Below are positions 48,826-61,117 of a stretch of 64,000 nt of DNA, in pieces. Location: NCBI GenBank assembly GCA_003344405.1, contig NOWV01000011.1, positions 682,001 to 746,000 on the forward strand. The letters are read 5' to 3'. Below the pieces are notes generated by a model. The model was not told the DNA's origin. It was given only the letters and a program-made list of their open reading frames with translations, and searched no databases. The stretch comes from Trichoplax sp. H2 (Eukaryota). Both the position numbers and the translations under genes were made by a program. Within the stretch, counting starts at the first letter, position 1; the number at the start of each line of letters is the position of its first letter.

Positions 48826-50703
48826 TGCTGGACTACACTACTTTAAAGCCAAAGAATCACATGATTAACACGAAGCGGAAAGTTTAGTTATGTTAAAGCT
48901 CTCATGAGTAATTTTATTGCTCGTATTTATACAGTACTGTGCACATTGCACAGCGTACTGGTAACAAACGGCCTAACAAAATTTTTCAATGAGCGCAATT
49001 AGCAGAGATAACTGTAAAAATTCGTTTCATCAGTGCCCAGTATTCCAGGCGCAAAGACATCGACAACGATAAGCCCTCAGCAGGTCACGAATGCGCATAC
49101 TGTAGTAACTCTACCAAGCCAGGTACCTCCTGTTCTTCTACAAATTTTCATGGCGTTCAGAGTTGAATACAAATATAGAGATTTATCATCTCTTTCTTAT
49201 TCTAAAAAAATTTATTAATTGCGAATTTAAACGTTACCCTCATTAGCTCTTAGAAACCAGGAGCAGGAATAACTGTTCAGTACATGAGGTAACGCGGCAT
49301 TTCGAAGAATGGTGCACTGATAAGTCTTGAAAGCCAATAAACAGAAGTTAACAACATATGATAATCTTGATTATTAATTACTAAGCTTAGTACCGTATCT
49401 TTTTATATGTTTGTAGTGTCACTGTGGAGTATTCGAGGAATGCAATAAACATGCTAAATTCGTCAATCAACGTTAAAAGTAAGTAAATTTCTAAATTTGC
49501 ATAATCAAAAATGAAGCAATAGCAAATATTAATGATTAAATATAAATATTGTCATTCGGTGTATCGTTAATAAAATTAAAACTTGATTTCTGAAATGGGG
49601 TTTATTTTTGTTTCTGGTTTAAAAAATCCATCCAAATAACTTGAAATGATTTTATATCAATACTGCATGTTTATATACTCTTACATGCATGTTCATCGAT
49701 CAAGCATGTAAATACGAAAGTGCTGACTTAGGTCTCGGTTTAGATAGCTAAACTCATTTATCGTGAATACTAATCAGATAAGAAAATCGTCATCTCCTAA
49801 CTGAAGATTATTTCTTACAGACTGATCAACAAGCAATCATCGAATGTTATGTAATGACCAGATTTAGTGTAATGCCTAATTATCTCATCCACATTGTCCA
49901 TTTCGTAATATTTACGAAAAGAAGATCGTAAAATGCTTCACATTAAGCGATAATCGAGATAGAATGTACAGAATATTCGGTAATTTTATTACCTCATCAA
50001 AAATGACAACGAGTAATATTCTAACAGTAAGGCTTTAGTTACGTTTGCAAAGGTGAAAATAAAGAACTTTAGAACTAATTTTGCTATAAACGTTCTTTAG
50101 TAATACACCTATACATAATACATAAGCCTCTATACATACGATCAAGTACTTGCACTGTTGTTGAAATAGAATTAATATAATTTAAAATATGCTTAAAATA
50201 ATTGCATTGACGAAGCCATTAGTTAGTTAGTTAGTTGATTATGATGCAGAAGGCACCAAATAATATTATAAACTAACTAGCTACATCGCCCGTCCTACGA
50301 GCGAATCATTGGCCCCCTTTAATATTTTAGCTTAATTCTATTAATCAATGCTTACATAAGTATTATTGCCAGGTATATTTAAATTGATAAAGTTGACAGA
50401 GTAAAATAAGATCACGCATTCTCATCTGGAAGCATTTGGCCTTCTAAAACTGACAACTGGAAGAAATAATACATGCGTTTGCCTTAAGGTAATGAAGTAA
50501 ATAAACCGATTTCTTCTATGAGAGTGCGTTAAACTTATGCAACTATATTTATAAAATAAAAAAGTCATAGTATGTATAAATGATTTTAACTATAGATAAT
50601 TTAATACTGGTATTATTACATTTATGGCCACAATATCTATATCGTACTGGTTAATCAATAAAGTTGGTGATAGTAATCGTGAAAACTAAACAAGCAGTTC
50701 AAA

Positions 50704-51386
50704 TCAGTCATTGTAAGTACCACCTATCCACCAGTTTGTTGTCGATGTGCTAGTTGCAGTACATGGAAATTGCGAGTTGACTCCATCATAAAAACCAAAA
50801 GCTCGTTCATTAGTTACTTGATTAGGAACATTAAAACGTCCTTAATTTGCTTTCTCCGTGGCAAGGTATGTATTTAAATGATAGCTTCTGCTGCTATAGA
50901 ATGGAATACTATATTTACTGCAGGAATAGCCACAAAAATTGATATAATCGATGGTATCGCAAGTCCATATACTTCTCAGGTCGAGGATGTAGTTGTAGGC
51001 GCAAAATGATATTTTTAGGTAATTGCGACGATTTGTCAATCCTTTTTCGGCTTCGCTATCAAAGTTACATGTAGCACGAAAATGAGTTGATAGTAAAGAG
51101 TTTTTGAAAGCCGTCATTTTAACTTTGGAAAGTCTGTAATTCGGCCAGTTGGGTGTACATTCGTTAGAGGGAACATTGTAGTAAAAACTCCTACGAAACC
51201 TAGAACTTCGTGCATTAGTTTTCGATAACGATTCAATAAGAGTCCATGCAAATCCAGGATCTGATTGAAAATCACAAAATGCAAGATATTGCTTATTTGT
51301 AGAATCATATAGCGTAAAGTATCCATTCTGTAAGACATGATAAAAGCTCCTGACATCTGTACATGTGTCAGTTTCGATTTAATTAC
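50704..51386 (-). pseudogene. Secreted fibrinogen-related-like family, copy B (pseudogene, exon 2 only)
   Basis: THFRATCNF, DYINFCGYSCSK, NWWIGG homology; frameshifts and in-frame stop; signal exon not found. Confidence 0.85.
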
Positions 51387-53517
51387 CTAAATTACGTAAA
51401 TTATAAAGTAAAAGCCTTGTTATTATAATCTTATACGCTAAACTTTCGATAATATGGCCAGAGAAGGGATTAAATTGAAACTAAAAGTTTCAATACAATT
51501 AGATATCACAGCTTTAATCAAACTATCCCAAATAATAAATTAAAGTTATAAACGATTAATGCATAAACGAAATATCGCAATTCAGCATTCATCATAACTT
51601 CTCATAGCTTTTCTGTCTTCTCCATTTTGCTACTAATAAATTATTGAACTATATGGTACCAGCTTTTACAAATTTTGATCTGCAGAGTAGTTGATGGAAT
51701 TGCAACTCTAGAATTGTGATTTTTCCCTACTCTAAAGCAATCATAATGAAACTACTAATCTAATCATGTAAGACAAATTTTACGTCATGATTCCTTCCAA
51801 GTTAAGTATTAAATCTCGCGATAGGTTATTTTCTATTGATATATATTTAAAGCATCCTGTATTGTAATAACTCATATATTTCCTAACAGTCAACTTATAT
51901 CGTACAATATTTTATACTCAATAAAAATTAAGGATTTTTACTGCTAACAATGATTAATAATAATCTCGATGGAGTTGTCAAATTTATATTATATTCATAT
52001 CCCAGATAATATCTACTGTAATAAGTAAAGGTAGTTAGCCACAATTACAGGCATTTGTGTTATAACACTTGTTACTGCATTCACGTACTTCGTAAAGCTA
52101 AAATTATTCTGACAAGGTATTTTTGTGAAGCTGGGTTGTGATGTTTATTAGAGTATTGCAAAACTTAATCAACTTCATACAAACACAGTCACATTATTTC
52201 ATTGCATGATTTGAGGATTTGTTAAATCATTGGTCTTTACTTTACTACATAAATTAACCATTTTACACCTAGAAACCTATCCACTGTTATTACTTACACT
52301 ACAAACATGATATATTTCAGAGCTGCATCACAAAGTTACACAAGGTTAACGAAAATAATAAAAATGGGCTTATATTGTTGAACTCTATGCGGTTGTTACT
52401 TCACGAAATAATCGATAATATATTACTTAGACTTCATGGTTTCTATCATATAAAACGATTTCCCATGTTTTGTGGTATAATGTGTGAAATCGCTCATACA
52501 ACTAGCATGTAATTCTTGCTTTATATTTCAATTGTGTGTACATTCTTGGAAGATATTTCCTAATTTATGCTTAAGTACAATAAATATTTATGTTAAAAAA
52601 ACCTATCGATGTTGAAATTCTCCTAAAGATATCGGTAATTTAATGTATAATAAGAAAGAGTTTCATGCAACTAAAATAAATATTTAGAGCAGCGTCCATA
52701 ATTTGATTATCAGCGAATTTACACATGAACTTGGTAAATACTTCATGCAATTTTTTAACCTACAGCATCTTGTGTGCACAGGCGCAGCGTGATTTAGGAA
52801 AAGATACTATACTGGTTGATCAGTGTTTTTATTTATTGTGTTGAGTCAGAGTATTAACCGCAACAATATTTTTCATATTTGCCAAAACATAACATGCAAA
52901 TCATGTATACAATAATGCAAGCTAACTTTCGTCATGTATTATCTGCAATAATAATATTGATGAATTTATTAATCTTTGTTATTGACTTAGACAGTATAGA
53001 ATTTATGAAAATAATCATAAAATTGCGGCATAGTACTACTCATATATCAGCAATTTATAAATTTTCCAAGAGATTAATATCGAAATTAGTAAATATGCTA
53101 AAATTTTGTTAGTTTGAAGATTACCATGCAATATTGAAGTTAATTTTATAAGTTACATTAATCAATGTAAAATTCTATAAATTTACTGTGACGTGAAAGC
53201 TCGTATATTCATAATGATAAAATACGGCTATTAAATTATAATCAAGCTAACATAGAGAATTAGCTAAGAAAAAATGAGAAATAGAGGTGATGTATATTAA
53301 TATGCTAGATTGTAAGGAGTTTTATGGGATATGTAAATGATCATCAATGATACGAAATTTGTTTCGACATTAATGAGAATATAATCAAATAGCTAATAAA
53401 AGAATTGACGTGTAAGGCCATTTATTAATGGATACTTATTGTTTAAAATCTAATTTGTATGAGTACACTTAGATAGAGTCAATAAGACTTGCCATTAACG
53501 GAAGACATAATCGTAAA

Positions 53518-54513
53518 TTAGTCATAAATGGCCCCACCTATCCACCAATTTGTCGTTGATGTGCTATTTGTTACACAAGAAAACTTTTCGCTGAAACTAT
53601 AATAATTACCAAATATTCGCTCGTCAGCTACCGCATCAGGAACGTTAAACTTTCCACATTTCGTTTTAGAGTATGCAATATTTGATTGTAGATGGTTATT
53701 ACTATCGCTATAGAACGGTATGCTACATTTACTGCATGAATATCCGCGAATATTGATATAATCTACTATAGCACAAGTCCAACCTCTGTTAGTGAGAAAG
53801 TAATTATACGCACAAAATGAAACCCTCAAATAATCCCGATGACTTGTTAATCCAGTCTTGCTTTGGCTATCAAAGTTACATGTGGCACGAAAATGAGTAG
53901 ATGATGTGGCCCCATGTAACGTTGCCAATTTAGCTTTAGAAAGTCTATAGTTTGACCAATTAGGAGTACATTCGTTAGATGGAATATTATATTGGAAGCT
54001 CTTTCGAAAGTTAGATGTTTGTGCATTGCCTCTCGATATCGATTCTATAAGAGTCCATGAAAATCCAGGATCTGATCGAAAATCGCAAAATGCAAGATAT
54101 GGCTTATTTGTGGAGTCATAGATTGTGTAGTATCCGTTTTGATGGACCTGATATTTACTTCTGACATCAGCACATGTCGCTGGTTTCGGTTTCATCACCT
54201 AGTAAACGACATGATAAAGTAGGATAGGATATACGAGTATAGTTATAGTGATAATTTCTATAATGCGGTGCAGTATAGCATGGGCAAAGTTAAAGTTACA
54301 GCCAATTGTCTGTCTTCCAGACACTAATTGGTTAACTGTTTAAATTCAAAAATAACTACTAAAAGTAAATGTAGACAACTTTAACAGTTGGTCAGCAGTT
54401 ACCTGTTAGTCTGTACTATCTGATATCATAAAAATTAGTAAGCTTACCGCTAATCTTGCAAGAGGTAGCAACGATATTAGGATCAAGCAAACATATAAAG
54501 TGTTGTAGGCCAT
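53518..54513 (-). CDS. Secreted Cys-rich fibrinogen-related-like protein, copy C (exons 54448-54513, 53518-54198; 248 aa)
   Basis: Signal exon MAYNTLYVCLILISLLPLARLA, phase-0 GT-AG intron; TC...NGYYTIY...AFCDF.SDPGFSWTLIE resembles the FReD N-subdomain; C-terminal WWIGG. Confidence 0.85.
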
Positions 54514-54578
54514 ATTACTAAATGCTTTAGGAATAGCTTGGGTACTTGAAAAGTAAAAGAGGTTATAAGAGCTTTATC

Positions 54579-54728
54579 CTTTTATATGTTCGTATAGAGG
54601 CAGCAATATTATTAAAGAACGTGATAAATATGTCGGGTGTGTCAATCACATTTAAATGTAAATAAATTTTTAATCTAAAATTTCTTTTAGTAGAGTATAG
54701 GCAATACAGTTAATAAGTGACTCATCTG
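54579..54728 (-). promoter_or_regulatory. TATA box + Fox-like + AP-1 module of copy C
   Basis: TATAAAAG (54579-54586, minus), gtaaataaa, TGACTCA 54718-54724; homologous blocks at 49360-49500, 56010-56310 and 60060-60278. Confidence 0.6.
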
Positions 54729-54739
54729 TAATGAAATGA

Positions 54740-55620
54740 AATGTATAGAAACCAAGCTACTAAACTTCTAACAAACTATGATTCTACTTTCTTTGCACTC
54801 TGGTCGACTTAACAAAACTTTGACATCAAATAAAATTGGGGAAACAACCGATCAACCATTTATTAAGAAAACGTGAGAGAGTCTAATCAAACAACCTTCC
54901 AAATACTTAATTCTAAGTATTATAAGTAACGAAATAAAAAAGCGATAGAAATAAAACTGTCAACCACCAAACAACCTAACAAAAAAGAAGACCGTTTCAA
55001 CTTACAACAGTTCGATCCCGAAGGTCTTTAAAATTCAACAAGTTCTTCAAAAGAATCTTCTTTTACTCTCTACTCTAAATTTTCTGATTGCGCTGTCATT
55101 TATAGGCTTCGCAGAGCCCTCAGTGGTGCTTAAAACTAAATATTCATTAACCAATCACTCTTAAGGCCCATTTTAGAAAACTACTTTGCACCACTTAAGA
55201 AAGCAAAAATCATTCAAAGTTCAGATACAAATTACCTTATGATTCCCTTACAAAACACTACAAAGCCATCAAACTAACTATGAAATACCTCAAGCGTTAC
55301 TTCTAACTTAATTTCCACTCATTATACGTAGCAAAAGTCTAAAAATTAACCTTTAAACATCAAGACTTAGTCATAAAAATAACAGTCTAACTACTTAACA
55401 ATCAACACAACCTCTGCCTTTTTGCCATCTTATTTTCTATTTTATCAACTAAATTTTCCTAATGTGACCTTTCATGTCTCGTCATAAAATCCAAAGTTTC
55501 AAATTCATAACAAAAAGTTCAAATTTCAAAAATCAACTCTTACAACCTTTTCCAGAAAAATTAAAATTATATCGGACATAAATCCGACCGGTTCCGGAAT
55601 CCGAAAAATCTGGATTTTAT
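54740..55620 (+). mobile_element. Possible decayed retroelement fragment (A/C-rich, strand-biased)
   Basis: Abrupt G-poor A/C-rich composition; broken frames RFNLQQFDPEG.KIQQVLQKNLLLL weakly reminiscent of the Penelope-like RT/GIY-YIG linker. Confidence 0.22.
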
Positions 55621-58600
55621 AAAGATCACAGTAATCGCTTATCAAAAAATTTTATATGACTAATATGACTACTTTTCTGACATTAGTATTGACAGTTTAT
55701 GTTTTAGCGTGAAGTTGTACGGTAATTGTACGATTATAGTCTACATTACAGTACTTTACTGTCATGTTATAAATCCCCTTTCTCTGTGGATAAGGTTTTG
55801 TTACTAAGTCAAATTTATCTATAATATCAGTATACTATCAAACGCCCTTTCTTTAAATTAGGTGATTGCTCTTAGATTATTCCTACAGTAATCTATATAA
55901 TACTTTGTAAATTAATGAAGAAGAAAAGATGGCGACATAAACATTTGGTAGGGTAAAATTAAAAGATACTATCACTTTCTAGGTATTTTCTACATTACAT
56001 TAAAATAGTTACGTACTAAAAGCTATAAAGGACTCTGCGTTTAGTCCTTTATTACACATCTTTCATATGCTTCTAAAGTAACAGTAATATTATTGAAGAA
56101 TGTCATTAATTTGTCAGTTCTGTCGATCACATTTAAATGCAAATAAACATTAATTTTAAATTTCTTTTAGCACAGAGTAAAGTTACAGTGATATGTTCAA
56201 GAATGTGATAAACATGTCCATTCTGCCAATTATAGGCAAATAAACATTAATCTAAAATTTCTCTTAGCAAAGAGTATTGGCAATATCGTTAACGAATGAC
56301 TCATCTCATAAAAATCTTAGTATGTAAGATGATGTATTTTTACATCAAGGTTATAAGGTTTGATTTTAGAAAAGCTAAAGTAAGATTCCTTATTGTTATA
56401 AGTTTGATAATTAAATTATGGGAATCGAAACACTATAAAAATCAGTAATATGTAGGATTACGTGTAATAATAGAATATTAGCAATTTTAGCATTTCACTG
56501 CAAACGATATTCGAGCTACGTATATGCATTTATTTTACCTTCTAGGCAATGATAAGTTTGCTTTAGCCATTTCTGCAACTCAACATATATGTATACAGTA
56601 TCTACTAGATAGTAGTTAAGCTTTTCCCAAGTGCATATCTTTGTATTTAGTATAACAACATTTAAAGGCCTAAGATCTTTTATTGATATTTCAGTGTATG
56701 GTAATGCTAGCATCGTGTAACTGATGTAACTCTTTAGTAAGATATCCATATTTAATACAGATATATACGATACTAAGGGTATGATATGTATCAGTTGGGA
56801 AGTTTATTGAAAAAATTCAACCAGCTTCCATAAGATTAAAAGAATGACTATAAAAGTACTAAATTATACCTTAGCGAAAATTTTCGAGAGAATTAGATTA
56901 GTAGAGATTGAAACCAGTGCTAAAGATAATTAATTTAAAAACTTCCCTTACTATATCTAGCATTGAAAATTAATTGAAATTGACAAAATCATAAATTCTG
57001 GTGTAGAATATAATCATTATGATACTGTAATATATCTAAATAAACAAATTAATTAGCAGTAAAATTCATATGAATACAAGATTGGTTACCAACAAAGGAC
57101 TGAAAATTAATTAAACATTTCGATATATTGTGTGTGCAATGCATCATAGGTAGATTCCTAAACAAAATATCCCAATGAAGACATTTATTGATAGTACAAT
57201 AATGAGAGCTTATTTAAGTAAATAGTAAGAGATGTCATTTGGATACTTTATTATAGGCGAGTACCTATTCTGTAACTACGACCTGTATGGAAACTAAGAC
57301 AAAACTGTTAAATTATATCACAATTGAATCATTACAATTCATGTAATTTACTTTATTGAGGTGATTGATTTGCCAGATAAAGTCATAAAGGGGTCATTAG
57401 AAACGCAGAATGGGAATTAGGACCAATGCTTTAATACTGATTTCAGTGTTTGCTTACAGTGATTTTCTCGCATATTGCTGCAATGGCCGAGTAATAGTTT
57501 CCTGCTACTACTGTTGGTTTGCCTACGTAGCCCAAAATTTGAGTTAACAAAAATTAAGTAATTCCTTAATGTGACACACAAGGTCAACACCGAAAAATCG
57601 CCTTGAATAATAAAGTTTATTGATACATCCGTCTATCAGAGAAGATTTTCCCTCCTCATAAGAACAGTTGAAAGCGACTAGTGTCAATCGAATAATTGTA
57701 CTTTAACTCTTATATGGCAGACAGTTCACATAATCCTACATTTGGCTATCAGATATGGCCTTAACTGGAAAATCCCGTCTTATACTAGAAACAGTACAAG
57801 TGCGTAGTCTCATCCTTTTAGCTACCTACTGTACTTCTACAATTAGCTGAAACCATTACAGTTGCTCCACTTTGTTCAGCATAGAATTGGAATTGTCTTG
57901 TTCTTCAAGACTGAGACGATATTTCAAGTTAATTATAGTATCAATTTCTAAGCCACTAATGTTTGCAATTCGTCTATCATTATGGCATGGGCAAGCCATT
58001 GGGACTCTAAAACACTTCTTTAGTCAAGTGCAAATAATTTTAACTATTGATCGCATATGCAACAACATACGCGTATGCATCGGTCACTATGCTACATCGC
58101 TGCATACTGTTGCTAATACTACCAAATTATACATGTAAAGCTAAGAGTGAATTATTAGTGATATTGATGGAGCTAAATATTTGTCTTACTAACAGACTGA
58201 TGATCTTTTTTTCTTTAATTTTTCTATTCGTTAATATGGGAAATGGCTTTGAGTGCTACGGAATAGCATATGTAACGATTAATATAACCAGCTCTGTTAA
58301 TGGTCCATACTTCGTATCTTTTGTGTCCGTAAGCAAATACTTACTAAGCCATGCTTAAGTCTATATCTGCTCACTGCAGAAAGGTATTGTAATACTGTTA
58401 TAGAAATTTTAGCGATCGCAATAAGCAAAATCATGCAAATACTGTAGCAATTTAATACGAAATCTATCTGGATTATCGATAATTTTGTACTGGTAAACTA
58501 CCCCGTTCAAGCGAACAGGGATATAATTTGCAGAAAGCAATAAAGTAAAAGAAAAATTAACAGATAGACTGCCTTAGTTGGCTACGATGCGCGATCGACG

Positions 58601-59204
58601 ACGTCGAATAAACTATTGTATTTACTGTTTACATAACATAAAACCTATATATTTCATCGTTCATCTAATTTCACTTTATGATAACCTTTTATGGTCCTTT
58701 GAACAATATGTACTATAAAATGTAGTGTACTACGCAACATTCTTATCAACAACACTAACGCAACTTCACCATTTTACCCTGCAAATAATAGACTACATAT
58801 ACCGTAAATGACGCTATATTTGCTCTGAAATATGCAAGATTAATGTTAATAGCGTGATTTATATCTAGATATTCAGAAAATTTTATTACATCGGCGTTGC
58901 TGGTTTGTTATTTTATAAATTGTAAAATAATTATAAAATTGCTAGAATTATATATTTATATAATATAAAACTATGGAGAAAACTGCATAAACCTTACTAA
59001 TTTATAGAAAGATTCAATGTGAGCGACTTAATAATAATTCGACAATATGTGAAGACTAACTTTAAAAAAGATGCTATTTCATGATTATGACAATATATAA
59101 AATAAAATATTAGTTAGAATTGTTGTTAGAATTTAATGATCATATCGAAATAATTTGACACAATCGATAATTTGTGGAGTGGAAGCTATGAAATCACTTT
59201 GTTA

Positions 59205-60045
59205 TTAATCATAGTAAGCTCCACCAATCCACCAGTTTGTTGTCGATGTACTGTTGCTAGTGCATGAAAAATGTGGATTGAATCTATAGTAAGAACCGAA
59301 GACACCTTCACTATCTACTGTATCAGGTACACTGAACCTTCCACAATTCTTCTTAGCGTATGACAGATCTACGAACAAATGATAGTTACTAAAGCTATAG
59401 AATGGAATACTACATTTACTGCATGAATGTCCACGAATATTGATATAATCGACTATGGCACAAGTCCAAGTATTTCTACTAGCGAGAAGATGGTCATATG
59501 CACAAAAGGATACCCTTAAATAATCTTGATGATTTACTAATCCTTTCTCTCCTTGGTTATCAAAGTTACACGTAACACGAAAATGCGTTGACAATGCAGA
59601 ACCTTTTAAAGCCGTCATCTTAGCTTTAGAAAGCCGATATTTTGACCAATTAGGAGTACATTCATTAGCTGGAGCATTATAATGAAAACTCTTACGAAAG
59701 GTAGATGTTGCTGCGTTGGTTCTCGACAATGATTCTATAAGAGTCCACGAAAACCCTGGATCCGATTCAAAATCACAAAACGCTAGATATGGTTTATTTG
59801 TAGAGTCATAAAGTGTAAAATATCCATTCTGAGCGACGCGATAGATACTTTTAGCAGCAACACATGTTGTCGGTTTCGGTTTCATAACCTAATAATAACA
59901 TAAAAAGGGTAGTATAAGATTATAAAATTGATTTCCGTAATGCTACTTAATGAATATCGAAAAAATTGGCTTAATTTACAGAAGATCTTGTTTGAGCTAG
60001 CAACACGATTAGGATCGAGCAAATATACAAAGTGTAATTTATCAT
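59205..60045 (-). CDS. Secreted Cys-rich fibrinogen-related-like protein, copy D (exons 59980-60045, 59205-59888)
   Basis: Signal exon MINYTLYICSILIVLLAQTRSS, phase-0 intron, intact exon 2 paralogous to copy C with the same Cys pattern. Confidence 0.85.
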
Positions 60046-60113
60046 TTTTACTCAGTACTCCACGAACAATCTTGATATTTGAAGGTTAATAACTAAAGCA
60101 AATCAGATCTACC

Positions 60114-60278
60114 CTTTTATATGTTGGTGTGGTTACCATGATATTTTCGAAGAATGTAATAAGTATTTAAATTCTGTCAATCAAATATGTATATGATATA
60201 CAATAATAAATATTTATCGAAAATTCTTCTGGCGTAAAGAGGTCAAAGGTACCATAGTTTGGACGATGACTCATCTTA
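60114..60278 (-). promoter_or_regulatory. TATA + AP-1 module of copy D
   Basis: TATAAAAG 60114-60121 (minus); TGACTCA 60267-60273. Confidence 0.6.
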
Positions 60279-60386
60279 CATGTCAGCTGTTATGCTTTGT
60301 AAGCAATGAGTTCTACTCCGCGAGTAAGTCTGTTAAATGAGCACATTATCGTAAACCGTCAGTAAAGCGACGGGAGTTTGCACTAG

Positions 60387-61117
60387 TACATCTAATTACT
60401 AACTATTAGAGCTATCGTTCACTTTACAACATGCACATATATATAATAAATTATCAGTCCGCCTTTTACAATATAGTCACGTACGATATTACAAGACTAC
60501 ACACAAAGTCATCATATTATAAGTAATTATATAAATGGCATTCTAATTATATACTTAACGCTCTATCTAATAGCTAATGTAACATATATTGTAGTATCTA
60601 ACACTATTTACAATATTAGCTTTGTCGCATTTGCTCGTGGTGTAGTACCACGATAATAAAGTTTCATTTTAGGAAAAGTTTAATTTAAATTCTTAGNNNN
60701 NNNNNNNNNNNNNNNNTTTGTTACTAACTTTATTATTAAAAATGCTGGGTTTTTATAGATATTCCAGCTTACACTTTTTGCCTTTTTGCGTCGTGGAATT
60801 TTACACATACATCTAATTACTAACTATTAGAGCTATCGTTCACTTTACAACATGCACATATATATAATAAATTATCAGTCCGCCTTTTACAATATAGTCA
60901 CGTACGATATTACAAGACTACACACAAAGTCATCGTATTATAAGTACTTATATAGATGGTATTCTAATTATATACTTAACGCTCTATCTAATACCTAATG
61001 TAACATATATTGTAGTATCTAACACTATTTACAATATTAGCTTTGTCGCATTTGCTCGTGGTGTAGTACCACGATAATAAAGTTTCATTTTAGGAAAAGT
61101 TTAATTTAAATTCTTAG
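60387..61117 (+). repeat. 310-bp near-identical direct duplication flanking an assembly gap
   Basis: 60387-60696 vs 60808-61117, about 5 substitutions; N-run 60697-60716 immediately after the first copy. Confidence 0.92.
60697..60716. other. Assembly gap (20 N)
   Basis: Run of n characters. Confidence 0.99.
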
